Shown in pieces: positions 12,212-25,635 of a DNA stretch of 64,000 bases; the stretch's first letter is position 1, and the number at the start of each line of letters is the position of its first letter. The position numbers were made by a program, and so were the translations under genes. The notes beneath the pieces were generated by a model. That model was not told the origin of the DNA. It was given only the letters and a program-made list of their open reading frames with translations, and did no database searches. This stretch comes from Anaeramoeba ignava BMAN (taxonomy: Eukaryota; Protista; Anaeramoebae), in NCBI GenBank assembly GCA_028826165.1, contig JAPDFW010000090.1, forward strand, positions 62,001 to 126,000, written 5' to 3'.

Positions 12212-14910
12212 ATGATTCGTTTTCATAATAAACCATTTTTAACGTCTAAAAGATCTCCAAATCAAACTCCAATTAAAAAATCAACAGGAATGATGAATTG
12301 GATGAAAAAAACTATTGTTGATACTCTTCCAAAACTTTTTTCAAACAAAAACGAAAAAAACAACGAAGAAAATGAATATTTTTCAATTAAAAAAAATGAA
12401 CCAAAAGAAAAAAACATTACAAGAATACAAACAAAACAAATTCATGAAGAATTAGTTCCAGATTTTGATGTTAATTCACAAGAAGCTATTTTTAAAGAAG
12501 GAACTGAAAAACCTGAAAAAGATGAACCAATTAATCAAGCTTTTGAATCTTTATTAGAAAAAGGAATAACTTATGAACAGTTTGAAAAATATAAAAAACT
12601 ATTAAAATCATGTATAATTATGGATGAAAATCAAAATCAAAATCAAAATCAAATTCAAAATCAAATTCAAAATCAAAATCAAAATCAAAATCAAAATTTA
12701 AATCAAAATCAATTTCAAAATCAAAATCAAAATCAAAATCAAAATCAAAATTTAAATCAATTTGAAAATTTAAATCAAAATCAATTTGAAAATTTAAATC
12801 AAAATCAAAATGAGTTTGAAAAGGAAAATAAATTTATAAAGGAAAATAAATTTATAAAGGAAAATAAATTTATAAAGGAAAATGATAGTCGTATTGTTTT
12901 TTCTCCTCAATTAAGAAGAAAATTTCCAAATTTAATAAACATTCTTAAAAATTCACCTACAAATTTAAATCAAACAGAAGGAAAACCAGATCAAGTTATT
13001 AAAAAGCCAAGAAACACAAAGAAAAAACTACACATTCAAAATTCAATTCAAAATTCAATTCAAAATCAAAATCAAAATCAAAATCAAAATCAAAATCAAA
13101 ATCAAAAATCAAATCCAAAATCAAATCCAAAATCAAATCCAAAATCTTTCAAATGAAGATCCATTAATAAAAAATATAAAAACTTCAAAAATTGTGAAGA
13201 AGAAACAACCAAGTTTACAATCTTTAAAGAAACATTTGCAACTTGAAAATATTAAACAATCAAGAAAGAAAGAAAGATTAGCAAATCGAATGTTAAAATC
13301 AAAGAGAATTACCCCAAAACAATTAGAAAAAACAACTGATAATTCTTCAGATAAAACAATTGAAATTGAAATTTTTAAACGTGAAAAAGATTCAAAGTTA
13401 CTAAAATCTCATAAGAAATTTAGATTAAAAATTCCTAAAGGTTTTAAAGGAAAACCAATAATTCGAAGAAAGAAAACAAAAAGAAAATCACCAACAGATG
13501 ATAATGACCAAATTGTTGTTGTGACAAAAGATATAACAAATCAACAAAAACAAGAAACAAAACAAGAAACAAAACAAGAAACAAAGAAACGAAAATCAAA
13601 AAAATCAAAAAAAGAAAAACAAAAAGAAAAAACAAAAAAAGAAAAGAAAAAGAAAAAGAAAAAGAAAAAGAAAAAGAAAATCAAAAACAAAAACAAAAAG
13701 AAAATCAAAAAGAAAAAGAAAATCAAAAACAAAAAGAAAATCAAAAAGAAAAAGAAAATCAAAAACAAAAAAAAAAACAAAAAGAAAAAGAAAATCAAAA
13801 ACAAAAAGAAAATCAAAAACAAAAAGAAATTCAAGAAAATCAAGAAATTCAACAACAAAAGCAAACACAAGAAATTCAACAAATTCAACAAAAAGATCAA
13901 GAAGATCAAGAAAATCAAGAAAAACAAGAAAATCAACAAATTCAACAAATTCAACAAATTCAACAAACTCAACAAACTCAAGAAAATCAAGAAATACAAG
14001 AAACTCAACAAACTCAAGAAAATCAACAAATTCAAGAAATTCAAGAAACTCAACAAATTCAACAAATTCAAGAAAATCAACAAACTCAAGAAAATCAACA
14101 AACTCAAGAAACTCAAGAAACTCAAGAAATTCAACAAAAAGATCAAGAAAACCAAGAAAATCAAGAAACACAAAAACAAGATCAAAGTATTAGAAGTGAT
14201 TCAATTTTTAATAATCCAAATAAGAAAAGTGATTCAATTTTTAATAATCCAAACAAAAAAGTGATTCAATTTTTAATAATCCAAATAAGAAAAGTGATTC
14301 AATTTTTAATAATCCAAATAAGAAAAGTGATTCAATCTTTAATAATCCAAATAAGAAAAGTGATTCAATCTTTAATAACCCAAATAAGAAAAGTGATTCA
14401 ATTTTTAATAACCCAAACAAGCAAAGTGATTCAATCTTTAATAATCCAAATAAGAAAAGTGATTCAATTTTTAATAACCCAAAAAAATCAAGTGATTCAA
14501 TTTTTAATAACCCAAATAAGAAAAGTGATTCAATTTTTAATAACCCAAATAAGCAAAGTGATTCAATCTTTAATAATCCAAATAAGAAAAGTGATTCAAT
14601 TTTTAATAATCCAAACAAATCAAGTGATTCAATATTCAATAATCCAAATAAATCAAGTGATTCAATTTTTAATAATCCAAACAAGCAAAGTGATTCAATC
14701 TTTAATAATCCAAATAAGAAAAGTGATTCAATTTTCAATAATCCAAACAAATCAAGTGATTCAATTTTCAATAATCCAAATAAGAAAAGTGATTCAATTT
14801 TCAATAATCCAAACAAACCAAATGATTCAATATTCAATCAAAACAATTCAACAACAAATCCAACAAATTCAATTTTTAATCAAAACAATTCAAATTCAAA
14901 TTCAAATTAA
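12212..14910 (+). CDS. Long disordered protein, putative Nup153/Nup1/Nup136-like basket nucleoporin; broken by about 3 homopolymer frameshifts
   Basis: N-terminal amphipathic helix GMMNWMKKTIVDTLPKLFS and the motif FESLLEKGITYEQFEKYKKLLKS, followed by NQ/EQ-rich linkers and a C-terminal array of SDSIFNNPNKK repeats. The 3' end is uncertain. Confidence 0.45.
14194..14845 (+). repeat. 33-bp coding tandem repeat (~19 copies) encoding SDSIFNNPNKK
   Basis: Unit AGTGATTCAATTTTTAATAATCCAAATAAGAAA. Confidence 0.9.
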
Positions 14911-15379
14911 AGTTTTTAATTCAAAACAATTTGAAAAATGATTATTTTTAATTGGAATAAACAATTTAAATTCTTCAAAATTCAAATTCAAATTCAAATT
15001 CAAATTCCATTTTTAATCAAAAAAAATTCAAATTCATCTGGTTCTTTTTGATTCTCAAAAAAATTTTGAGTTATTATTTGAGAAAAACTCTCTTCAAATC
15101 GTTCTAATTTCAACTAAAACTGTTGAATCCACATCAAAAAAGTTCCTTTTTAAAAGATAATGAAAAGAATAATAGAAATTCAGGTTAAAAAATATCAATT
15201 TTATTAAAACAATTAAATTTTAATCAAAATAAAAAATTTTAAATAAATTTATAATTAAATTTATAAATAATTTTTTCATTTTTTCATTTTTAAATTTTAA
15301 ATTTTTCTAAATTTTTAAAAAATAAAATTTTTAAATAAATTTCTAATTAAATTTCTATTAAATTTTTAAATAAATTTTT

Positions 15380-18321
15380 TGAAAAAATTGCTTTTTAATT
15401 GGAATAACTGGATTTAAATTTATTATTCTTCAAAAAAATCAGAAAAAAAAATTAAAGAATATGAAAAAGTAAAAAAAATAAAATTTCAAAAAATTTATGA
15501 AGAAAATATTTCAAATGAAGTTATAGAAACAAAAGGAAAATTAAGTGGAAATAAATTAAAAGTGTAACTGGTTCTTTTTCAAAAATCAAGTTCTTAAATA
15601 AATTTCAAATTCTCAAGTTTTTTAAATTTATTGATTTGAGAAAAACTCAAACTCAAAATCAATTTCTAATTAAATTTATAAATAATTTTAAAATAATCCT
15701 AAAACTGTTAAAAGAAATTGTTTATAATTTTTCTCAAAAATTTTCCTTTTTATAAAAAGATAATGATATTTATTTAATTCAAATTGAAGATATAGAAAAT
15801 TTTGTAAATAAATTTCTAAATAATTTTTAAATAAATTTATAATTTTAAATAAATTTCTAAATAAATTTTATAATTAAATTTTAAATAAATTTCTAAATAA
15901 ATTTATAATTAAATTTATAATAAATAAATTTAAATAAATTTATAAATAATTTCTAAATTTTATAAATAATTTTCTAAATAAAAATAAATTTCTAAATAAT
16001 TTTATAAAATAATTTTTATAAATAAATTTCTAAATAAATTTATAATTAAATTTAATTAATTTTATAAATAAATTTATAAATAAATTTCTAATTAAATTTC
16101 TAAATAAATTTCTAAATTAAATAAATAAATTTAAATTTATAAAAATAAATTTATAAAAATAAATTTTTTAAATTAAATTTCTAAATAAAATAAATTATTT
16201 AAATTTATAAATAAATTTTAATTAAATTTCTAAATAAATTTATAATTAAATTTCTAAATAAATTTATAATTAAATTTCTAAATAAATTTCTAATTAAATT
16301 TATAAATAAATTTTCTAAATAAATAATTAAATTTTAAATAAATTTCTAAATAAATTTATAATTAAATTTCTAAATAAATTTTATAAATAAATTTTATAAA
16401 TTTCTAATTAAATTTATAAATAAATTTTAAATAAATTTCTAAATAAATTTATTAATTAAATTTCTAAATAAATTTCTAAATAAATTTATAAATAAATTTC
16501 TAAATAAATTTATAATTAAATTTTATAAATAAATTTATAAATAAATTTCTAAATAAATTTAAATAAATTTCTAAATAAATTTCTAAATAAATTTTAAATA
16601 AATTTCTAAATAAATTTATAATTAAATTTCTAAATCAATTTCTAAATTAAATTTTATAAAAATTTATAAAATTAAATTTATAATTAAATTTATAAATAAA
16701 TTTCTAAATAAATTTCTAAATTAAATTTATAAATAAATTTCTAAATAAATTTCTAATTAAATAAATAAATAAATTTATAATTAAATTTCTAAATAAATTT
16801 CTAAATAAATTTATAAATCAATTTATAATTAAATTTATAATTAAATTTCTAAATAAATTTCTAAATAAATTTAATAAATTTCTAAATAAATTTTCAATTA
16901 AATTTCTAAATAAATTTATAATTAAATTTCTAAATAAATTTATAATTAAATTTCTAAATAAATTTCTAAATAAATTTATAATTTTTAAATTAAATTTATA
17001 AATAAATTTCTAAATAAATAAATAAATAAATAAATTTATAATTAAATTTCTAAATAAATTTATAAATAAATTTATAATTAAATTAAATTTCTAAATAAAT
17101 TTCTAATTAAATTTCTAAATAAATTTCTAAATAAATTTCTAAATAAATTTTAAATAAATTTTAATAATTAAATTTCTAAATAAATTTCTAAATAAATTTC
17201 TAAATAAATTTCTAAATAAATTTCTAAATAAATTTCTAAATAAATTTCTAAATAAATTTCTAAATAAATTTAAATTTCTAAATAAATTTCTAAATAAATT
17301 TCTAAATAAATTTCTAAATAAATTTCTAAATAAATTTATAATTAAATTTCTAAATAAATTTTAAATTTATAAATAAATTTATAATTAAATTTCTAAATAA
17401 ATTTATAATAAATTTCTAAATAAATTTTTTAAATAAATTTATAATTAAATTTTAATTAAAATTAAATAAATTTATAAATTAAATTTTAAATAAATTTCTA
17501 AATTAAATTTCTAAATAATTAAATTTCTAATTAAATAAATTTCTAAATAAATTTCTAATTAAATTTATAAATAATTTTATAATTAAATTTCTAAATCGAT
17601 TTCTAATTAAATTTATAATTAAATTTATAAATATATTTATAAATAAATTTATAAATAAATTTATAAATAAATTTCTAAATAAATTTCTAAATAAATTTAT
17701 AAATAAATTTCTAAATAAATTTCTAATTAAATTTATAATTAAATTTCTAAATAAATTTATAAATAAATTTCTAAATAAATTTATAATTAAATTTATAATT
17801 AAATTTATAATTAAATTTATAATTAAATTTCTAAATAAATTTATAAATCAATTTCTAAATAAATTTATAATTAAATTTCTAAATAATTTTCTAAATCAAT
17901 TTATAAATATATTTCTTCTCAAAAGAATCTTCCTTATGTAAAAATTTATGAAAAATTTACACCATTAACTGAAGCACCTGAACCAGAAACAAAATTACAT
18001 TTCCATATTGATTCACAAACAGAAAAAGAATTTATAACTTACAATACACTTGGATATAGAAAAGTGGAAAAAGTAATTCTTCCAGAAACTCAAGTTTATG
18101 TTTTGGGTTATCTTAAAAAAAAGAAAAATAATCAATCTTTTATTTTGAAATCTCCAAAAAATTCAAATTTAAATCTTCAAATATCAAAAACTTCTCCAAC
18201 AAGTTTTATTCAAAATAAAAAGATTTTTTTAAAAACAACAAAAGGAATTGGAATTGCAATGATGGCTATTTCTATTTTTTTTGAAGTGCGTAAAGGTTTT
18301 CATTTCTATTTTAAGAAATAA
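15380..18321 (+). CDS. GIDE-domain (MUL1/SP1-like) membrane protein without a visible RING; 5' part garbled
   Basis: Last exon LGYRKVEKVILPETQVYVLGYL...ILKSP...ISKTS plus C-terminal TM segment GIGIAMMAISIFF resembles the GIDE C-terminus. An upstream fragment reads IGITGFKFYYSSKK...VIETKGKL. Confidence 0.5.
15806..17915. repeat. ~13-bp minisatellite (AAATAAATTTCT/A-type), ~2.1 kb, probably intronic
   Basis: Degenerate tandem AAATAAATTTCTA/AAATTTATAATT units lie between the GIDE exons. Confidence 0.85.
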
Positions 18322-18699
18322 AAATGTTGAATCATCAATTTTTTTATTTTTTTTCATTTTCATTTTTTTCATTTTTTTCATTTTTTTCATTTCATTTTTT
18401 TTTTTGAGTTTTAATAAATTTATTAATGAAAAAAATAAAAGCATTTCATCAGCGAAATTCATTTTTTTTCTTTAAATTTATCTTAACTTTTGTAAATCCT
18501 CCGAAAATAGAAAATTTTTCTTTTTAAATTTTCGAAAAGAAAAAAAAAAAAGAAAAATTAAAAAAAATTTTTTTTCCTTTATTATCAGCTTTCGAGTTTT
18601 TTTTTTTTGAGAAAGCCAAATTAAAACAAAACCGAAAATTGTTTTAATATTTATCCGAAATATTTCCATTTTTTCCTTTCATTTTTCAATGTGTTTTCT

Positions 18700-20215
18700 T
18701 TCATTGAATGATTTAGAAATATTAAGTAAAAAAGAATTGGGATCAATTTTAAATAATTCGAGAGAGAAAAAAAACAACCATTTTCAACAAAGAAGAAATT
18801 TGAATTTTTATGTATTCATCTCATTTAAAAATGTATGTTAGTATGTATTATTAAAATGAGTTTTTAATTTTAGAATTACTGATTATCAGTTCTTCATTCA
18901 TCATTTTCTTTGCGATATCCAATGTTTGTGTTGTCTTGGGAATTGATTTCGAAAACCCAATAACGTTTGTTTCGAAAAAAATCAGAAAAGTGTTCTTGAG
19001 ATATTCCTATTTCCCGAAAATTATTGATTTCCTTTTTTCAAATTTAGAATTTTTCTTCCATTTTGAGAAAAAATGAATTAAAAATCAAAATCAAAAAATC
19101 AAAAAAAATTTTTGGATTTTCATTTTGATTTTGAAAAGAAAACTGAAAAAGAAAAGAAAAAAGAGAATCAATCCAATTCCTTCTTGATATCTTTTTTCTC
19201 CTTTTTTTTCTTAAAGTTTTGAATAGAAAAAAATCATTGAGGAGGATTTATTTGTATGAGTATACACTCGATAGAATAAAGAGTCATTAAATAGCCACCA
19301 CTGTTGATTTCTTAATTTGATTTCCACATAATAATGAAAGGTTTTGTCTGCCAAATAAGTTCTGGTGAAATATTGCAATTAATTCATATTTTTGACAAAT
19401 TTCTTCTTTTTCATCTCTTGGCACAAATAAATCATCCTTTCCATTGATATTTTCTTTATTTTTGTTAAACAAGTTTGTTTTTTTAGTGGTTAAAATTAAA
19501 ATTTCTGGGAAATCTTTCAAAATCATGTGTTTCTTGACCTGGAAGAGTTCATATTTTAGACAATTCCATATAAATAATTTTTTAATTCATTAATAGTTGT
19601 TATTTGAGATACCTGTTTTTTATTCCAAACAATTTTGCCAAAGTGCTGATTCTAAAAGAATTTCTCGAGATAAGACACGAAAAAACCGATCCAAAAAGCT
19701 TCAAAATGTTTAAAATAACGAATTTTTCCAACATTTTTATTTTTGAGATGTCAACCACCGTCAGAATAGATGTCCAATTGTTTTGTTTTTTGGACAATTT
19801 TCCTTCTTTGATTTTTTGTGTAAAGAATTTACTGAATATATCTATGGAAGGTTGAACAAGAAAGCCGTTCTAAAATGAAGAGAAAGAAAAAACAGAAATG
19901 AGGCAATTCCAAAAAATTAATTGGAGATTATTGACTTTTCCAGATTACTTACTTTCTCTGTTTCAACAGAAATGACATCGTAGTATAAAATCTGTTCTCC
20001 ATATAAAATGGAGAAACAGAGCAAGGACCAAAATTTCGCCTTGTGGTATTCTTCTGTAGTCCATTGATGTCTGAATTCTTGTATGTTATCTGCATAATCC
20101 ACAACCACTACGATGCATTCTTTACTATCAGATGCTTCGGAAAGTTTTGAGATACCTGCATAATAAGATGTAAATGATTTAGTTGTTTTTCTGTTAATCT
20201 ATCAATGAATTCCAT
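18700..20215 (-). pseudogene. Fragmented higher-GC coding remnant, possibly a decayed DNA-transposon transposase
   Basis: Collinear short minus-strand ORFs (19917-20108, 19600-19797, 19287-19526) are broken by stops and frameshifts. VVVDYADNI...SLLCFSI...YYDVIS loosely resembles a DDE/DDD transposase beta-strand region. Confidence 0.3.
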
Positions 20216-20459
20216 TTCTTTTTTCTTTTTTCTTTTTTCTTTTTTCTTTTTTCTTTTGGAAAAACTGATCCGAAAAATTGGAATTGAAAAGAAAAAAAAT
20301 GAAAAAAAAAAATCTAAAAAATGAGAATAAAAATATAAAAGTTAAAACAAATTTTCTTTTTTATTTATTATTTTAAATTTTAAAAACAAATTTTCAAATT
20401 AATATTAATTCAATTTAATTCAAAAAAAAAGATAAAATTTTAATTTCAAAAAAATCAAT

Positions 20460-21609
20460 TTTCAAAATATTTTTAAATAATAAAATATTTAAATCTAAAA
20501 CAATAAATTATTATTTTAAACATAAAACTAAATATTAAATTATATTTTTAAATTAATTTATAAATTAAATATTAAATTAAATTTATTCTTATTTTTTATA
20601 TTTTTATGTTAAATATTTTTAATAATAAAATATTTAAATCTAAAACATTAAATTATTATTTTAATAATAAAATTAAATATTAAATTATATTTTTAAATTA
20701 ATTTTTAAATTAAATATTAAATTAAACTTATTCTTATTTTTATATTTATATGTTAAATATTTAAATAATAAAATATTTAAATCTAAAACATTAAATTAAT
20801 ATTTTAATAATAAAATTAAATATTAAATTATATTTTTAAATTAATTTATAAATTAAATATTAAATTAAATCTATTTTCATTTTTATATTTATATGTTAAA
20901 TATTTGAATAATAAAATATTTAAATCTAAAACAATAAATTAATATTTTAATAATAAAATTAAATATTAAATTATATTTTTAAATTAATTTATAAATTAAA
21001 TATTAAATTAAATCTATTCTCATTTTTTATATTTATATGTTAAATATTTAAATAATAAAATATTTAAATCTAAAACAATAAATTATTATTTTAATAATGA
21101 AATTAAATATTAAATTATATTTTTAAATTAATTTATAAATTAAATATTAAATTAAATCTATTCTTATTTTTTATATTTTTATGTTAAATATTTAAATAAT
21201 AAAATATTTAAATTTAAAACAATAAATTATTATTTTAATAATAAAATTAAATATTAAATTATATTTTTAAATTAATTTATAAATTAAATATTAAATTAAA
21301 CTTATTCTTATTTTCTTTATTTATATGTTAAATATTTAAATAATAAAATATTTAAATCTAAAACAATAAATTATTATTTTAAACATAAAATTAAATATTA
21401 AATTATATTTTTAAATTAATTTATAAATTAAATATTAAATTAAATTTATTTTTATTTTTTATATTTATATGTTAAATATTTTTAAATAATAAAATATTTA
21501 AATTTAAAACAATAAATTATTATTTTAATAATAGAATTAAATATTAAATTATATTTTTAAATTAATTTATAAATTAAATATTAAATTAAATCTATTCTTA
21601 TTTTCTTTA
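20460..21609. repeat. AT-rich tandem satellite, ~144-bp unit, 8 copies, 3' of RCC1-BTB copy 1
   Basis: The anchor AAATCTAAAACA recurs at 20491, 20636, 20779, 20922, 21066, 21210, 21354 and 21500. Confidence 0.92.
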
Positions 21610-23374
21610 TTAATTTTGATTATTAAATTTGTTAATTAATAAATCAAATAAATTTGGATTTGTTTGATTTATTTGAAAATAATCAATTCCTCTTTCTAAT
21701 TCTTCAATTATTTCTTGTGTAATTTCAATTTCTTCTTTAATTTGATTTGAATAAATCCAATATTCAAATATTTGAAATGATTTATTACTTAATTCACTAT
21801 AATCTGTAACTTTATTAGATTTATCTTCAGTTACAGATAAAAACATTCCTCGATATAATTCACTTCTCATTATTAATATTAATTTAGGAAATTTATATTG
21901 TTTTTCTTTTCTTTCAATAATAAAATCTTTTTCATTTTCATTTTCATTTTCATTTAAATAAATTCTTTTCATTGTTTCTTCAATTTTTTCATTTGAATTT
22001 ATAATTTCTTTAATTTCAGAATATAATTTTGGATTTATTTTGGAATTGTTTGAATAAATCATTTTAAATATTTGATTTGATTCTTTAATTGATTTTGTTG
22101 AAATAATTTCTTTAAGTTTTTCAATTTGATTTTGATTTTGATTTTGATTTAATCTATATTTTAATATTAATTTATGAACTTCAATTATTTCTCCATTTTT
22201 GGTTTTAAATGAAATATCACAAAATTCTTTTCTTTTAAATAATTTTATCAAATCTTCTTCAAGATTGGAAAAAGAAGGAGGAGAATAATAAATAAATGAA
22301 TTTGAATATCCACAAAGAACATGATAATTGTAAATATTTTCATTAAATCTTAATTTAGGAAGTTCAATTTGAATTGGAACTTTTTGATATTTTCTATCTC
22401 CAGTTCCTAATTGACCATATGAATTCCCTCCAAATATAAATAGTTTTCCTTTGGAGGTTAAAATCAAAGTATGAACGCATCCACAAGAAAAATCAAGAAT
22501 ATCATCATTTTCAAATAAAGATGATTTAATTTCAGTAAATTCATAAGTATTGTGTATTTTGCCAAGTCCATTATATTCATAATATCCACATGAATAAAGT
22601 TTTCTTTTTGGATTTTCATTTTCATTTTCATTTTCAATCAACATCAATGAATGAAAAAATCCACATTGAATATCAATTATTTTGCCTTTTGGAATATTTT
22701 GGATTTGTGTTAATTTATGGATTTGTGTTGATCTTCCTAATCCAAGTTGACCATCATAATTATAACCGCATCCAAATAATTCTTGATTTGAATTTAAAAG
22801 AAAAACAGAAAATGAATCATTTCCTGAAAATATTTTAGAAATATTTTTCATCATTAAAATTGGTTTTTCTGTTTTTTCAAGTGTTTCAGGATCAAAACCA
22901 AGTTGACCATAATTATTTGAACCAATTCCATAAGCATTTTGATTTGAAGTTAATAAGTAAATTGAACTTAATCCAGAAACAATATCTTGAATTATTCTAT
23001 CATTTGTATCTTCGAATTAATGATGAAATATTGATAAATTTATTTGAATTAATATCTTTTCCTTTGAGAAATACATTTCCTTCTATTGTTAAAATAGCTT
23101 CATTTTGATAACCAACAGTTACTTTTTGAATATTTTCTTCAATTTGGATTTCTTCAGGATTTGAATCATTTTCTTTTAAATATTCTATTGCTTTTCCGTT
23201 TTTAAAAAGGAAAATTGTTCCAAAATAACCTGATGAAATTTGTTTAATTTGTTTTTCATTTTCATTTTCATTTTCATTTTCAAATTTAAATTGAATTGGT
23301 TTTGTTATTTTATCTGGTTCATTTTTGATAAGTTTTCTTAATTGATTTGAACCAAAAAATAAAATTTCATTCAT
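21610..23374 (-). CDS. RCC1 beta-propeller + tandem BTB protein, copy 1 (1-nt insertion near 23013)
   Basis: RCC1 repeats GxNxxGQLG and CGxxHS; BTB-like FCDISF...VHKLIL and KDFII...PKLILIMRSELYRGMF...WIYS. The start MNEILFFGSNQ aligns with copy 2. Confidence 0.88.
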
Positions 23375-23468
23375 TTTTGAAAAGAAAAAAAATGAAAAAA
23401 ATGATTTTTTAATTTTTAATTTTTCATTTTTCATTTTTCATTTTTCATTTTTAAAATACATCTGCAAA

Positions 23469-25558
23469 ATGAATCCAATTTTACATTTATTTTTTACAAT
23501 AATTTTTTCAGTTTTTATAATTCAAACACAATTTGTACCAATAAAATCTTTTGATTTCCCACCAATAATACAATATCCATTGGTTTCTTTCATTGATCCT
23601 GAAGAAGGATTTATTTATTTCACAAGCTCAATAGTTTCAGAAGAAACATTGATAATAAAATTTGATTTGGAAACGAAGCAAAGAATATCTGAACTGACAA
23701 TTTCTATTGCAGGTGGATCTTGTGGGATTTTTGATAGTCAAAATAAGATAGTTTATATTGGGGGGGAATTGGTGACCAAAAAATAGCCAAAATTGATTTG
23801 AATCAATTCACAGTAGTTTCGATTTTGAGTTTGAATTTCAATGGTTCTTTGGTTCTCCAAACAGCGCAAATTGATCAAGTGAATCAGAAAGCATATTTCG
23901 GTTATTATTCCCCAAATGTTGTTTTTAAAATTGATCTGGCAAATTTTGTTTTGGAAGAAAATTTAATAATATCAGGAAATGATCGTCTTCTTGGATCGGT
24001 TATTGATGTTCCAAATGGATATCTTTATGTTTCAACAGATGATAGCTTGGCTCAGAATCCGATTGTCGAGAAAATTGCTTTATCAAATTTTAGTGTTGTT
24101 GATTCGCTCTTGTTGGATTATTTATCTGAATCTTTTTTAAATGCCGGAATCATCGATCATTCAAATCAAATGATTTATTTTGGAACTCAAAATATTCCAC
24201 TGAGAATTGTGAAAATTGATTTGGCAAATTTTACTAAAGTCAGCACACTTGTGACTGGAGCCACCCAAGCTATTGATTCAGCGATTGATGAAAATGAGCA
24301 ATTCGCGTATTTTCTGGATTATTATAAGCGATTTGTCAAAGTGAATCTGAGTGATTTTTCAGTTATTGGATATCTTTCTTTTGAAGAAGATTATTTAGAT
24401 TCGTTCTCACTTGATTTGTCTTCTCAAAAAGCGTATATTGGATATGAATATATTGATTTTGCCGAAGTCAATTTGACATCATTCGAATTCATTGAGGATA
24501 GTGGATTGCCTACCTATACATATGCAGATTTTGTTTTGGTTGATGAAGAAAATCAAACAGGATATGTTTTATTCCATTACAACTATCGAGGTACAATTGC
24601 CAAAGTCGATCTGCAAACATTCCAACTTGTTGATTATTTGAATTACGTATCTGATTCTCATGATAGGGCGCAAATTGATTCCGTAAATGGTTTCATTTAT
24701 ATCTTTTTGAACAGTTCTAACTCATTCAATATTCTGAAAATTCGATTATCAAATTTCTCAATTGATGAAATCAAGCAAATCCACGATAACGGCTTTGTTG
24801 ATTACGCTGGATTTGACAAGGCCAATTCAGCGCTTTATGTGCAATATCGGAATGACGAAATTGGGATTGTTTTCGTTTATCAATTAAGTTCTCCCAGTTT
24901 GCAAATCACACACACTTTGCTGCTTCAGGAAAGTCAGTATGTTTGGGATTTTCTATTTGATTCAGCAAATGGTTATATGTATTTAGCAATTGATGATGAG
25001 GATACTCTCAACGAAGGAACATATCTACAAAAAGTCCAATTACATAGTTTTTATATTACTGATTCCCTCAATTTGGATCCTTTTTATCCTGATCTTTTTG
25101 TGATTGACAACACTCATCGTTTGATTTATTTTCCTGATTCTGATCTAATGGAAATATGCCGAATTAATCTGATAAATTTCCAAATTATGGATGATTGCGT
25201 CTCATTAAATGATACAATTAATTATTTCAATTATGGATTAATTGAAGCTAATGATACATGGTGCTATTTTCTCGCTATTTTACCATCTGAAAGTGGTTCA
25301 GGAGTCTTAATATATAAAGTTGATTCTGCTTCAAATCAATTACTTTCAAGTCAAACATTTGATTCATCCTTTAATAGCGATCGTTTCAGTTATGATTCTT
25401 CAACAAGTTTTGAATATGGTGTACCTTTAACTTCAATTCCTTCTCTTAACCAATTTTTTGTTTATTCTCCAAATTTTACTCCTCCTCCTGTTCCTTCTTC
25501 AACTTCCAAAATTATTTTTTCTTTTTTTTTAATAATTTTCTTTTTTTTTTCTTTTTGA
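23469..25558 (+). CDS. Secreted, probably GPI-anchored multi-bladed beta-propeller surface protein (frameshift in G-run near 23760)
   Basis: Signal peptide MNPILHLFFTIIFSVFIIQT; repeated blades ID.xNxxxY....I.KIDL.xF; C-terminal PPPVPSSTS followed by hydrophobic IIFSFFLIIFFFFSF. Intronless, with higher GC than its neighbours. Confidence 0.75.
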
Positions 25559-25635
25559 TTGAATTTTCCAAAATTATTTTTTTCATTTTTTTTCTTTTCA
25601 AAAAATTAATAAAAAATAAAAATAAAAAAAAGAAA

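Noticed and set aside
14194-14845. 33-bp repeats as a CRISPR array, or the minus-strand LFG-repeat ORF as an FG nucleoporin
   Set aside because: There are no spacers. The minus-strand ORF is a hydrophobic antisense shadow of the plus-strand repeat.
14940-15800. Apparent degenerate duplication and scrambled exons of the GIDE gene
   Set aside because: It looks like a low-quality consensus between two repeat blocks and cannot be interpreted without reads.
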